From the IMG/VR virus record IMGVR_UViG_2940228231_000002, positions 49,741 through 113,740 of that record: a DNA stretch of 64,000 bases; one strand, 5' to 3'. The notes under the pieces are model-generated. The model ran no database searches and was not told the origin of the DNA. It saw only the letters and a list, made by a program, of their open reading frames with translations. Positions 50,831 to 60,594 of the stretch are shown piece after piece; the first letter of the stretch is position 1; every line of letters starts with the position of its first letter. The translations under genes and the position numbers were made by a program. The stretch comes from a virus (taxonomy: Duplodnaviria > Caudoviricetes).

Positions 50831-51679
50831 ATGATATCAGCGACATCATTTGTGTTCGATGGAATATCAAGTGAAGATTACGACATAATGATTTATTACA
50901 TAGGAGACCCTGGAGTTGTGGAAGACCACCTATGGGAGACTTCTATAGACGAAACTAGAATCAATAGCAGATATGACCCTCATCATTTTGGAATGAACAT
51001 CAACAGGGCTGTCACTAGACAGGTGACTTTTGGTTCAAAGAACTATATAGAGCGAGAAGATGTGGAGAGGATTGCCGACTGGCTCACTTCCCACAATACA
51101 TATAAATGGCTTGAAATTGATCAAGATGATATGACCGAGTGGCGATATAAGGCAATCATTTCTAATTTGCAGTTGGTGAATGTTAATGGCTTGCCGTTTG
51201 CATTTATATGCGACGTGACATTAGACAGCCAGTTTGCCTATGAACGCCCCTCTACTTCATCTTTTGAGATAGTTGGGGGCAAAGTAAAATCGCCCACTGG
51301 AATAATTTCTGACTACGCCACTATAACAAATTCAAGTGCGTATGATGGCTATATCTACCCAAAGATGACGATTAGGCTCGCACCTGGCACCACGCACTTC
51401 TCAATGGAGAACGAGAGCGATATTAGTAGACCGTTTGTGATTAATGTACCAGACGACTATGTTATCAATGACGGTGGCGACCAGATTATCTTTCAGGTGG
51501 ATAATAAAAATCAAATTATCACGACAAATTGCGACAATATAAATATCTTTGACTGTTTCAAAGACGAGGCTGGCAACCACTATTTCTTCCGCCTAGCCAA
51601 AGGAGACAACAAGATTGTCTTTACGGGCGATGGAATGGTTGTAATAGAATGTGAGTTTTTAAGAAAGGTGGGAATGTAA
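50831..51679 (+). CDS. Distal tail protein (Dit)
   Basis: F.FDG..S N-terminus, WL, YP.M.I and L.KG.N motifs; follows the tape measure gene. Confidence 0.8.
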   Translation: MISATSFVFDGISSEDYDIMIYYIGDPGVVEDHLWETSIDETRINSRYDPHHFGMNINRAVTRQVTFGSKNYIEREDVERIADWLTSHNTYKWLEIDQDDMTEWRYKAIISNLQLVNVNGLPFAFICDVTLDSQFAYERPSTSSFEIVGGKVKSPTGIISDYATITNSSAYDGYIYPKMTIRLAPGTTHFSMENESDISRPFVINVPDDYVINDGGDQIIFQVDNKNQIITTNCDNINIFDCFKDEAGNHYFFRLAKGDNKIVFTGDGMVVIECEFLRKVGM

Positions 51680-54600
51680 ATGATCGTAAATTTTAGCGAC
51701 ATTAGATTTGATAACTTTGGCAGAGTCGAACAGCCCACCTTACTTATCACAACTATGACGGGCGATCCAATTTGCACTGCATCTAACTATTATGGATTGC
51801 AGGCAAGTTTCAAGTTCAATGATGTGTCGGAAATCTCTTTTGAGATACCAGATAGGATATTAATTGGTGACGAACTGGTGCACAATCCATCGTATGATGA
51901 AATCAAGGGAATGAGAGTTATTAGAATGGAACCTTACGGGGACTTCATCTTAGTAAATCCGTCCGTGAATGATGATGGTGTTAAGAGCATTAAGTCGTGC
52001 AAGGCGTATTCTTTAGAATATGAACTCAACTATAAAATCATGCCAGTGTTAGAGGGCACATACATGCTGTACGACCCTACTGGCGAATCTGACAGTACAA
52101 TACTAGGCATTATACTAGAACATATCCCTAACTGGAAAGTGGGACATGTAGACGCCAACGTGTCAACGCGCTACAGAACTTTTGACGACTCTAGTGAGTC
52201 GGTTTATTCTTTTATGATGAACTCCATACAGGAGTCCTACTCTTGTGTGTTTATGTTTGATACGAAGACAAGGACAATTAATGTTTATGACCGTGATGTT
52301 GCGGTGGAAAATGTGCCAATGTTCCTGTCTATAGAAAACTTAATTCAATCGCAGACGGTTGAGGAGTTGAGCGACGAAATCGTAACTTGCCTCAGTGTAT
52401 ACGGGGCAGATGATACGAGCATTATGAGTGTCAACCCCCTCGCCTCTGATAAGATATATAACTTAGACTACTTCATTGAGATTGGCGACATACCAAAGGA
52501 GCTTGGCGAAAAGTGGGCGAAGTGGAAAGAAAACTATGCCACCTATCAAAAACTCTTTAGTGACTTATTTTCTCAGTACTATACTGACCAAATGATATAT
52601 AACACGCAGTACAGCCGATACACTGACCTTAGAGGCGAATTAGATGCCCTAAATCATGTCATGGACACATATAAAACCGATATATACGGCGACCACACGC
52701 AAGAAATTGCAGAGTGTCAGGCGAAAATTGATGCCAAGAAGGAAGAAGTGGCTGACCAATTAGAGGTGCTCGATAGTGCTGAGGATAAGCTAGATTCCGA
52801 TATGGCGATGATGAGTGAGATTACTGTCCTTTGCTCTTTTGATAACTTCTTTACGGCAGAGGAAATGCTTATACTGAACGCATATCTTAAAGAGGACTCA
52901 ATTCAGGACGGCACTTATGTAGTGTCCTATGCTTCAAACGAGACAAATGCGTGCAACCAAATAGACCCTACAAGCCCTTACACAGTTACAATTACTGAGG
53001 GCGACTTATATAGGTCTGACGAATATAAAGTGCTGACAGATGAAGAAATTGAGAGCTTAGGGCTCTCCCCTTCTGAAGTGGAGAAAATTAACGAGATCAA
53101 TAATACACTGGAAACCACATACTTGGGGCAGAACTTTTTCACCATCAATTCAGGAAAGCTTATTGTGGACAATGCCGACGGGCTATTTAATCTCAAGGGA
53201 ACTGTAGTAAATTCTACACTGTCATATACAGAGGAATTGAACGCAAATGGAAATCACGACTGCGTTGTGACATTCAGTGTGGACTCTCCCCTATTTACCG
53301 TCGCAGAGGACGATACACCCTATGAGAACGCTTTATTTGTAGTTTGCGGCGAATTGTCCGACTTCACACATAATCGCTCCACAGAGGGGCAAAATGACGG
53401 TGACATGAGTTTCACATTGGTGGGTGGGATTGCCACACTAACCTGCGACTCTTCTATTTACCAAAGACAGAACACAATACAGGATTTATATGACTACGGA
53501 ACTTCCTGCCTATATAAACTGGCATATCCATCATATGAGTTTTCTGTGGATAGTGCGAACTTTATGGCACTACCAGAGTTCGCCATGTTCTACAAAGACA
53601 TTAGACTTGGTCGAAGCTTGAATGTGGCACTGGAAGACGGCGTATATTTACAGCCAATACTTATTGAGATGGGCGTTGACTTTGACGACATGACTAAGCT
53701 TGATTTGAAATTTAGTAGCAAGTTCAGGGCGAATAACCCAGAGTTCTTGCTTGCTGACACAATCGGAAAATCGGCTCACTCTTCTGCTAGTTTGGATGCT
53801 AACAAATTTAGCTACTCGGCTTTTGTCAATTCAAATATTGAAAACGATGTGGAGAAGATAATTAACTCTGCACTCGATGTTAGTAAGCGGGCAATTATCA
53901 ATTCTAAAAATCAGGACGTTACTATTGATGCGGGCGGAATACACCTGCGAAAATTGGTTGACAAGGCGACGGGAACTTTTGACCCTTGCGAAGTGCGAAT
54001 GATTAACAACGAAATTGTTTTCACTGACGATGCTTGGGATACTGCGGGGCTGGCCATTGGTAAGCTCAGCGTGGATATAGATGGCTCACAGCAGTCTGTT
54101 ATGGGTGTTGTGGCGAATAGCTTGATTGGTAATGTGATTATCGGTAATAAGTTGACTATTGAGGCGACGGGAATCGACCCTATTACACAGCAGCCAAACA
54201 TTACTCACTTTAGAGTCGATGGCAGTGGCGCTTATTTGGGCAATGCGTCCTTCTCTTTGCAAGGCGCACCTAAAGACGGGCTTGAGGGCAATAAGATGAT
54301 GTTTGACCCTCGCTTTGGACTCGTTGCTGGAGATAGCACACTGTTTACAATTAGCAGTGATGGTGTACAGCCAAATTTCTTAGATGAGAACGGCAATGTT
54401 GTTTACGACGGCACTGGCGTTATGCCTGCGGGCTCTTCCTTGTTTTTTGATATAGAGACGGGAAATGCGAGCTTCAGGGGTGATGTTTATGCTGAGAATG
54501 GAAAGTTTAGTGGGTCTATAGATATTGGAAATGGAGTTTTTAGTGTAGATGAAAGTGGAAATATGACTTCTACTAGCTCTGTTATTGATGGCGAAATTAC

Positions 54601-55543
54601 AACAAGCAAGTTGATTGTTAAAGACGGTGCTGAGGTATCTGGTCTTGTCGTTGGCGACAATGTCACTATGGGGCCAAATGCAGTAATTACTTGGGATCAA
54701 CTTCCTTCGAATGTTGTTTCTACTTCTGAAATCGGAGATTTCGTTGACTACAGTACAGCCACTAGCATTTCTAGATATGAAATCTCTACAGCGGTCATAA
54801 ACTGCGAACAGCTTTCTGCTGGGAAGTGGGGCAACGACGGTCTTGGTACTTATCTTGAAGTCGGAAGCAATTATATTAACATAAGAGGAGGAAGAGGAGC
54901 TATCTCGCTTGAGAATGGGGTTATAGACATTATTGCTGGATCTGTCAACATAGATTCTACTATTGGGTCTATGCACCTAGGTGGTTCTGAATCAATTCAT
55001 TTGGACTCTAGAGTTTACTGTCACTATGCAATTACTCCAAACAGAGATGGAGTATATGGGTGTGGTTTAGATGGGCAAAGATGGTCGTCTGTATATACCG
55101 TTAATGTAAATGCAAGCGGAACTATATTCAACACTGGAATGCCTAGTTATACTGCAAGTGCCAACGTCTACTGGGGTTCCTCATCTGGCAGGCTTTATTT
55201 AGCAACCTCTGGTTCTACTAGAGCTATCAAAGACGACATACTGCCTCTCACGGCACCTGACATATCCGCCGACAACCTGTATGATGTAGAAGTCGTACAA
55301 TTTAAATATAAGGAAGATATAATAGATAGCGAAGATCGACGCTATAGAAAAGACCTGCCTGGATTTATCGTAGACGACTTAGCAAACGCATATCCAGTTG
55401 CGGTAGACTATGGTGAAGATGGCAAAATGGAAACTTGGAATCCGCGCTATATGATTCCACCAATGCTAAAACTAATACAAGAGCACAAAGTGGAAATTGA
55501 CAAACTGCGTGCCGAAATAGATGAATTAAAAGGAGTAAAATAA
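51680..55543 (+). CDS. Tail spike/Tal-like protein with C-terminal intramolecular chaperone (peptidase S74-like)
   Basis: Follows Dit; FTDDAWDT..LAIG motif; C-terminal S.R.IK.DI...G.I...Y..L..LIQE coiled coil. Confidence 0.8.
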   Translation: MIVNFSDIRFDNFGRVEQPTLLITTMTGDPICTASNYYGLQASFKFNDVSEISFEIPDRILIGDELVHNPSYDEIKGMRVIRMEPYGDFILVNPSVNDDGVKSIKSCKAYSLEYELNYKIMPVLEGTYMLYDPTGESDSTILGIILEHIPNWKVGHVDANVSTRYRTFDDSSESVYSFMMNSIQESYSCVFMFDTKTRTINVYDRDVAVENVPMFLSIENLIQSQTVEELSDEIVTCLSVYGADDTSIMSVNPLASDKIYNLDYFIEIGDIPKELGEKWAKWKENYATYQKLFSDLFSQYYTDQMIYNTQYSRYTDLRGELDALNHVMDTYKTDIYGDHTQEIAECQAKIDAKKEEVADQLEVLDSAEDKLDSDMAMMSEITVLCSFDNFFTAEEMLILNAYLKEDSIQDGTYVVSYASNETNACNQIDPTSPYTVTITEGDLYRSDEYKVLTDEEIESLGLSPSEVEKINEINNTLETTYLGQNFFTINSGKLIVDNADGLFNLKGTVVNSTLSYTEELNANGNHDCVVTFSVDSPLFTVAEDDTPYENALFVVCGELSDFTHNRSTEGQNDGDMSFTLVGGIATLTCDSSIYQRQNTIQDLYDYGTSCLYKLAYPSYEFSVDSANFMALPEFAMFYKDIRLGRSLNVALEDGVYLQPILIEMGVDFDDMTKLDLKFSSKFRANNPEFLLADTIGKSAHSSASLDANKFSYSAFVNSNIENDVEKIINSALDVSKRAIINSKNQDVTIDAGGIHLRKLVDKATGTFDPCEVRMINNEIVFTDDAWDTAGLAIGKLSVDIDGSQQSVMGVVANSLIGNVIIGNKLTIEATGIDPITQQPNITHFRVDGSGAYLGNASFSLQGAPKDGLEGNKMMFDPRFGLVAGDSTLFTISSDGVQPNFLDENGNVVYDGTGVMPAGSSLFFDIETGNASFRGDVYAENGKFSGSIDIGNGVFSVDESGNMTSTSSVIDGEITTSKLIVKDGAEVSGLVVGDNVTMGPNAVITWDQLPSNVVSTSEIGDFVDYSTATSISRYEISTAVINCEQLSAGKWGNDGLGTYLEVGSNYINIRGGRGAISLENGVIDIIAGSVNIDSTIGSMHLGGSESIHLDSRVYCHYAITPNRDGVYGCGLDGQRWSSVYTVNVNASGTIFNTGMPSYTASANVYWGSSSGRLYLATSGSTRAIKDDILPLTAPDISADNLYDVEVVQFKYKEDIIDSEDRRYRKDLPGFIVDDLANAYPVAVDYGEDGKMETWNPRYMIPPMLKLIQEHKVEIDKLRAEIDELKGVK

Positions 55544-55544
55544 A

Positions 55545-55703
55545 ATGAACGATTTTGAAAAACTAAGAAGTATTTATAATACACTACTGCTAATTGAGAC
55601 CAAGGGGCAAAACACGATACTAATGTCCGCCTGCCTCTCCTCTCTTAAGGAAGTGCTCGACGGCATTGTTGAGCAGGCACAAGAGGCTCAGGCAACTGAA
55701 TAA
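55545..55703 (+). CDS. Small hypothetical protein (52 aa, not in the ORF track)
   Basis: MNDFEKLRSIYNTLLLIETKGQNTILMSACL...; AGGAG RBS; terminator follows. Confidence 0.65.
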   Translation: MNDFEKLRSIYNTLLLIETKGQNTILMSACLSSLKEVLDGIVEQAQEAQATE

Positions 55704-55763
55704 ACAACACGAGATAATGGCTGAGGAAACTCAGCCGTTTTTTATACTAAAGGAGGGATTAAA

Positions 55764-56048
55764 ATGCGTAGAGGAACGACCCCCACTTTGAAACTGATTA
55801 CGGAACAAGACTGGACTGGATATGACTTACGCCTAACCTTAGAAGAAGGCAGCAATGAAATGACTTTTGAGAATGACAGGCTGACTGTAGAAGCATCCGT
55901 AGTATATGTGGCGCTCTCTCAAGAAGAAACGCTCTCTTTTAATAAGTCGGTGCAAGTGCAAATTAAAGGCGAAAAAGACGGCATAGTAGTTGCTACCGAT
56001 ATTGTAAAGATTAAAGTATTGCCAATACTAAATGAGGAGGCTATGTAA
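55764..56048 (+). CDS. BppU-like small baseplate/fibre adaptor
   Basis: MRRGTTPT...LSQEETL.F...VQI; paralog of 57726-58073. Confidence 0.65.
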   Translation: MRRGTTPTLKLITEQDWTGYDLRLTLEEGSNEMTFENDRLTVEASVVYVALSQEETLSFNKSVQVQIKGEKDGIVVATDIVKIKVLPILNEEAM

Positions 56049-56049
56049 T

Positions 56050-57711
56050 ATGGAAGAAATTATAAAACTATCCATAACGGAAGAACCCACCATAGCCATG
56101 TCTCAAGAACTTGCAATTAAAGGAGATAAGGGCGATAAAGGTGATAAAGGAGACAAGGGCGACAAGGGAGATAAAGGCGACCGTGGAGAAGCCTTTGTCT
56201 ACGAAGACTTTACCCCAGAACAACTTGTCGGACTCACTGGCCCTCAAGGTGATAAGGGCGACCCTTTCGTCTATGAAGATTTTACCGCCGACCAGTTAGC
56301 CGCCCTAAAAGGGGACAAAGGTGATACTGGAGATAAGGGTGAAAAAGGCGACATTGGAGATGCCTTTACTTATGAAGACTTCACTGCTGAACAACTAGAG
56401 GGATTAATTGGCCCTCAAGGTATTCAGGGAGAGCAAGGAGATGCTTTTACCTATGATGACTTTACTCCAGAACAACTTGTCCTATTACAAGGCGAAAAGG
56501 GTGAAAAGGGAGATACTGGTGCTCAAGGAGAAAAAGGCGACCCCTTTGTTTATGAGGATTTTACTGATGCTCAACTTCTCGCCCTTAAAGGTGAGAAAGG
56601 CGACCAAGGCGACCCATTAACTTATGAGGACTTAACTCAGGAGCAAATTGAAGAACTAGCCCAAAAGGTTCTCGACTCTGAGCTTGACCTTAGCGAATAT
56701 GCTAAGACTACAGAGGTGGCGGCATCTTACTACAACAAGACACAAGTTGATGAGATGGTAGACATGATACCTAAATTTGCAATTGAAGTTGTAGATGCAC
56801 TGCCAACTGAGAACATTTCAGAGACAACTATTTATATCCTGTCAGATGAAAGCGACGAGTTTGCAGAGTATATCTATGTGAATGGCACGTGGGAAGTTAT
56901 CGGTTCAACTGCCGTAGACCACTCTGTATTCGCACTCAAGACAGACCTGCCTACCCTTGTTAGCCAACTGACAAATGATGCAGGCTACTTAACTGCCCAT
57001 CAGGATATTAGTGCTCTAACAAATCACGTTGCAAATGCAACAATTCATGTGACGGAACTTGACAAGATTAACTGGACTGCGAAAGCTGACTCCTCCACTA
57101 CTCTTTTAGGATATGGGATTTTAGACGCATACACTAAAACAGAGGTAGATGGACTGCTCGAAAATATCACTATAGATACAAGTTCTCTTGTAAATGTAGC
57201 TGATGAGCAGACGATTACTGGAGCGAAGACCTTCTCTGCTGACATAACTGCCGAGGCGAATATAATCGCCACTGGCACGATAACTGGCTCAAAGGTCTAT
57301 AACGCCGTTTGGAATGACTATGCTGAATGGTTTGAGAAAGAAAATATTGAAGATGAGTTTGAAGCTGGCGAGATAGTTGTGTGGGCGAACAATGGTGTTG
57401 AGAAATCAACTAAAGAATATGACAAAATGGTTGTTGGAGTTGTGTCTGATTCCTACGGTCATATTGTAGGTGGAGAGAATCTCCCCAACATGGAAGATAA
57501 CCATAAAAAGTTTGTCCCTGTCGGACTCAAGGGCAGGCTTCACGTCCTCGTGACAGGCTCTGTAGATGTCGGCGATGTAATTGTCACTTCCGATATAAAA
57601 GGTGTCGGAATGGCTTCTCACGAGCCCCTATGTGGTCTCTTTACGGTCGGCAAAGCTCTGGAGTCTAGTGAGGACGATGGAATTAAAAAGATTAAAATAC
57701 TGATTACTTAA
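56050..57711 (+). CDS. Collagen-like tail fibre with C-terminal autoprocessing chaperone-like domain
   Basis: (GDK)n repeats interspersed with seven F/L.YEDFT.EQL units; C-terminal NAVWNDYAEWF...GVVS...VGLKG. Confidence 0.8.
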   Translation: MEEIIKLSITEEPTIAMSQELAIKGDKGDKGDKGDKGDKGDKGDRGEAFVYEDFTPEQLVGLTGPQGDKGDPFVYEDFTADQLAALKGDKGDTGDKGEKGDIGDAFTYEDFTAEQLEGLIGPQGIQGEQGDAFTYDDFTPEQLVLLQGEKGEKGDTGAQGEKGDPFVYEDFTDAQLLALKGEKGDQGDPLTYEDLTQEQIEELAQKVLDSELDLSEYAKTTEVAASYYNKTQVDEMVDMIPKFAIEVVDALPTENISETTIYILSDESDEFAEYIYVNGTWEVIGSTAVDHSVFALKTDLPTLVSQLTNDAGYLTAHQDISALTNHVANATIHVTELDKINWTAKADSSTTLLGYGILDAYTKTEVDGLLENITIDTSSLVNVADEQTITGAKTFSADITAEANIIATGTITGSKVYNAVWNDYAEWFEKENIEDEFEAGEIVVWANNGVEKSTKEYDKMVVGVVSDSYGHIVGGENLPNMEDNHKKFVPVGLKGRLHVLVTGSVDVGDVIVTSDIKGVGMASHEPLCGLFTVGKALESSEDDGIKKIKILIT

Positions 57712-57725
57712 TAGGAGGGAAAACA

Positions 57726-58073
57726 ATGATTGTAAGAGGAACAACGCCAACACATAACTTTGCTATGCCCTTCTCTATAGAGGATATATCAGAGGTGATT
57801 ATTGCCTATGTGCAGGATGATGAAATCGTCATAGAAAAAGAAAAAGGCGACATCGAATTAGATCTTGAGAACAATATAATGTCTGTTCAACTATCCCAAG
57901 AGGAAACTTTGCGGTTTGCCGTAAAAGATAAATACATAGACAATATCGTGCTCATTCAGGTGCGTGTCATACTAATTGACAACTATGCTTATGCCAGCGA
58001 CATTATCAGAGAAAAAGTTGCTGACGTACTTGTAGACAGAGAAATAACGATTGGCGGCGATGCAGATGTCTAA
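57726..58073 (+). CDS. BppU-like small adaptor (paralog)
   Basis: MIVRGTTPT...LSQEETLRF. Confidence 0.65.
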   Translation: MIVRGTTPTHNFAMPFSIEDISEVIIAYVQDDEIVIEKEKGDIELDLENNIMSVQLSQEETLRFAVKDKYIDNIVLIQVRVILIDNYAYASDIIREKVADVLVDREITIGGDADV

Positions 58074-58359
58074 AAAGATAACAAATATGAATGGGTTGAA
58101 TGCTATGACTTTCAGCCCACAATTTAATTCTGCCCCGTCAAAAAGCGTTGGCTATGATAGTGGCGACACAACTTTTAATCCTAAGTTCCAGACAATGCCA
58201 GGTAATGGGGGCAAGGTAATCGACAGCTACGAAGAGCTCAAGAATCTGCCCCAAATCAATGGCGTGGAAATTATCGGAAATAAGAGTTTTTCCGACTATG
58301 GATTAGAGGCGTTAACAAATATGGAAATAGAGGCACTGTTGAATGGTGCTGACCTATAA
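58066..58359 (+). CDS. Tail fibre-associated protein
   Basis: Y..L.NLPQINGV...GNK and LTN.EI motifs. Confidence 0.65.
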   Translation: MSKKITNMNGLNAMTFSPQFNSAPSKSVGYDSGDTTFNPKFQTMPGNGGKVIDSYEELKNLPQINGVEIIGNKSFSDYGLEALTNMEIEALLNGADL

Positions 58360-58379
58360 AGCGAAAGGAAGATAAGCAT

Positions 58380-58904
58380 ATGAAAGTAATAGACCAAAAT
58401 GGCTTACTGTACTTTTATGGAAAAATAAAAGAATATGTTGGTGCGAAGATTGGCGCGCTCCATGCAGTTGCTAAGTCTGGTAGTTATGCCGACCTTATCA
58501 ACAAGCCAACCATACCAACAAAGACCACTGACTTGATTAATGATGCACAGTATATGACTCCCAGTCAGGTGGAAACACAGATAGTTGGCAAAGGATATCA
58601 GACGGAGCCACAAGTTCAGGGCTTAATAGACGACAGACTGGAGGATTTTTCTGGCATTAGCTATGAAAAAGTTGACAGTGTTGCCGATTTACCTGAGACA
58701 GGCGTTACTGGGGTCTTCTATCTAGTGCCAAATAGTGGCGACACCCCAAACAGTTATGACGAATATATCTGGGTGGGCAAATCAGAGACGAACACTCTGG
58801 GCTATGAAAACATTGGCCCTCGTGAAGTTGACCTATCTGGGTATTTGAAAACAACCGATATCGTACCAATAACTAACCAAGAAATAGATGAAATAGTGAA
58901 ATAG
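58380..58904 (+). CDS. Tail fibre-associated protein
   Basis: VAKSGSY.DL.NKP, LP..G...YLV...Y.EYIW and IT..EID motifs. Confidence 0.7.
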   Translation: MKVIDQNGLLYFYGKIKEYVGAKIGALHAVAKSGSYADLINKPTIPTKTTDLINDAQYMTPSQVETQIVGKGYQTEPQVQGLIDDRLEDFSGISYEKVDSVADLPETGVTGVFYLVPNSGDTPNSYDEYIWVGKSETNTLGYENIGPREVDLSGYLKTTDIVPITNQEIDEIVK

Positions 58905-58919
58905 AAATGAGGTGGCTAA

Positions 58920-59096
58920 ATGGAAATTAAATGGCTGAGCCTTGAGGGGCTTGAATACTTTTTCAACTCAGTTAAGCGGCTCATTCCGACCAAAAACAGC
59001 CAACTTGAGAACGATAGTGATTTTATTACAGTAGAAGAAATTGGCGACATGACTACTTCTGCGGAAATAATTACATGGGATGAGGGGGATGAGTAA
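58920..59096 (+). CDS. Small fibre-associated protein (58 aa, not in the ORF track)
   Basis: MEIKWLSLEGLEYFF...PTK.SQLEND; GAGGTGG RBS; stop overlaps the next start. Confidence 0.65.
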   Translation: MEIKWLSLEGLEYFFNSVKRLIPTKNSQLENDSDFITVEEIGDMTTSAEIITWDEGDE

Positions 59097-59515
59097 TGGC
59101 AGTATATTTTGGCAATCAAAGAGTGTCATTGTTTGGTGGCACTGCCCCCGTCTCCTATTTGGGCACAATTACAAGTGCTGTTGAAATAGAGCACCTGCCC
59201 TACACAGACCAAGTGTTTGTAGAGCCCGTAGGTGTGGACGACATCCCTATTAACGAGCAACTTGCCTTGAGCGTCTATTCTACTGGTGACGTAAATAAAT
59301 TTACATCATTAGATGGGTCTGCCACGGGCAATATTTTATGCTCCTATCCAGAACTGCTACATTCCACATATGCAGGGCTGACTCAATCAGCAGAAATTAC
59401 GACTAGTAATACGACAAAAGAAATATTAGTAGACGGTGTAATCAGTAGTATTGAAGTAGATGCAAGAGTCTTTTATACAGTTGATGATATTGAAATTATA
59501 GAAACGGAGGTGTGA
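59096..59515 (+). CDS. Hypothetical structural protein
   Basis: Coupled ORF in the tail operon. Confidence 0.65.
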   Translation: MAVYFGNQRVSLFGGTAPVSYLGTITSAVEIEHLPYTDQVFVEPVGVDDIPINEQLALSVYSTGDVNKFTSLDGSATGNILCSYPELLHSTYAGLTQSAEITTSNTTKEILVDGVISSIEVDARVFYTVDDIEIIETEV

Positions 59516-60594
59516 GAATGGGTGCGACTTATACAAACTTGAACGAACTAACTATCACCTTTGAAGATGATAATTGGAAAAATGATTTTACTGATATCTA
59601 CGTAGTTGACGATTCTCAATTTCCATGGGCTTCTACTTCTGCCACTAAATATAACGGAAATAACACTCTTAGAAGTGGCGTAATAGGCAATAGTGGATTT
59701 AGTGAGATAATGATCACTTTTGAATTAAAGGAAAGTGGCTCAATAGAGTTTAACTATATGGTATCAAGCGAGTCTAGATATGACCTAATGTATGTATATC
59801 TTGACGGCGTGTCTATATTCTCCGACTCTGGAGAGAGGGCTTGGACTGTGAAAACTGCCGACCTTGTTGCTGGCGGTCATATGATCAAAATAAGATATCA
59901 AAAAGACGGCTCTGGTAGTAGCGGAAGCGATATGGCCGCAATTGGATATATCAAGCTTACTGGTGTTGAACCATGTGGAGAAAAGTACCATATGTTATAT
60001 GACATTGAGACAGAAAAATACTTGACTGTACAGAACGGCGAATTGCAAGAACTGTCCATAACATCTCCTACTATTTCCGACTTTGCCACATACGGCACAG
60101 GTGAAATACCATCTGATGAGCTTCTCTCAACATTGAGGTACTATAAAGTTCTATCGGCTGTTAACAACCCCGCATGTGGAAATTTAGTTGGATTTGAGAG
60201 TGCGACAGTTAAAGGCAGAGTGAAAGACGTTTTCGTAATGAGAAACCCTTTTGTTTTAGACTCGTCATATCAGACTGGCTTTAAGTCTTTGGCATTCAAT
60301 ATGACAAAGGCAACATCTACAGTGGCAAAAGCCGTCATCAGTACAGATGGCGAAACTTGGTACACACGAAGCGGCTCTTCTTGGGTTACAATAGATAATT
60401 TATATGACAACATTCTAAGCAATGGAATCGAAATATCTCAAGTTGCGTCAATAACATCTGCCCAATTCGACGACCTATACTCTGGAATTGAAGAAAAGAA
60501 AATGCACATTGCATTTGTCGTAGAAACCACCACTGGAGACAGTTGGGCATTGAAATCAATTAAGGCAACTTATAATACAGGAGGTGTCTCGTAA
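59512..60594 (+). CDS. Putative virion protein with a beta-sandwich (CBM-like) domain
   Basis: F...VSSE..YD...VY.DG...SG...W...GGH...Y.KD.S motif. Confidence 0.6.
   Translation: MRMGATYTNLNELTITFEDDNWKNDFTDIYVVDDSQFPWASTSATKYNGNNTLRSGVIGNSGFSEIMITFELKESGSIEFNYMVSSESRYDLMYVYLDGVSIFSDSGERAWTVKTADLVAGGHMIKIRYQKDGSGSSGSDMAAIGYIKLTGVEPCGEKYHMLYDIETEKYLTVQNGELQELSITSPTISDFATYGTGEIPSDELLSTLRYYKVLSAVNNPACGNLVGFESATVKGRVKDVFVMRNPFVLDSSYQTGFKSLAFNMTKATSTVAKAVISTDGETWYTRSGSSWVTIDNLYDNILSNGIEISQVASITSAQFDDLYSGIEEKKMHIAFVVETTTGDSWALKSIKATYNTGGVS

Noticed and set aside
56116-56640. Tandem 9-bp and longer repeats
   Set aside because: Explained by collagen-like coding sequence.
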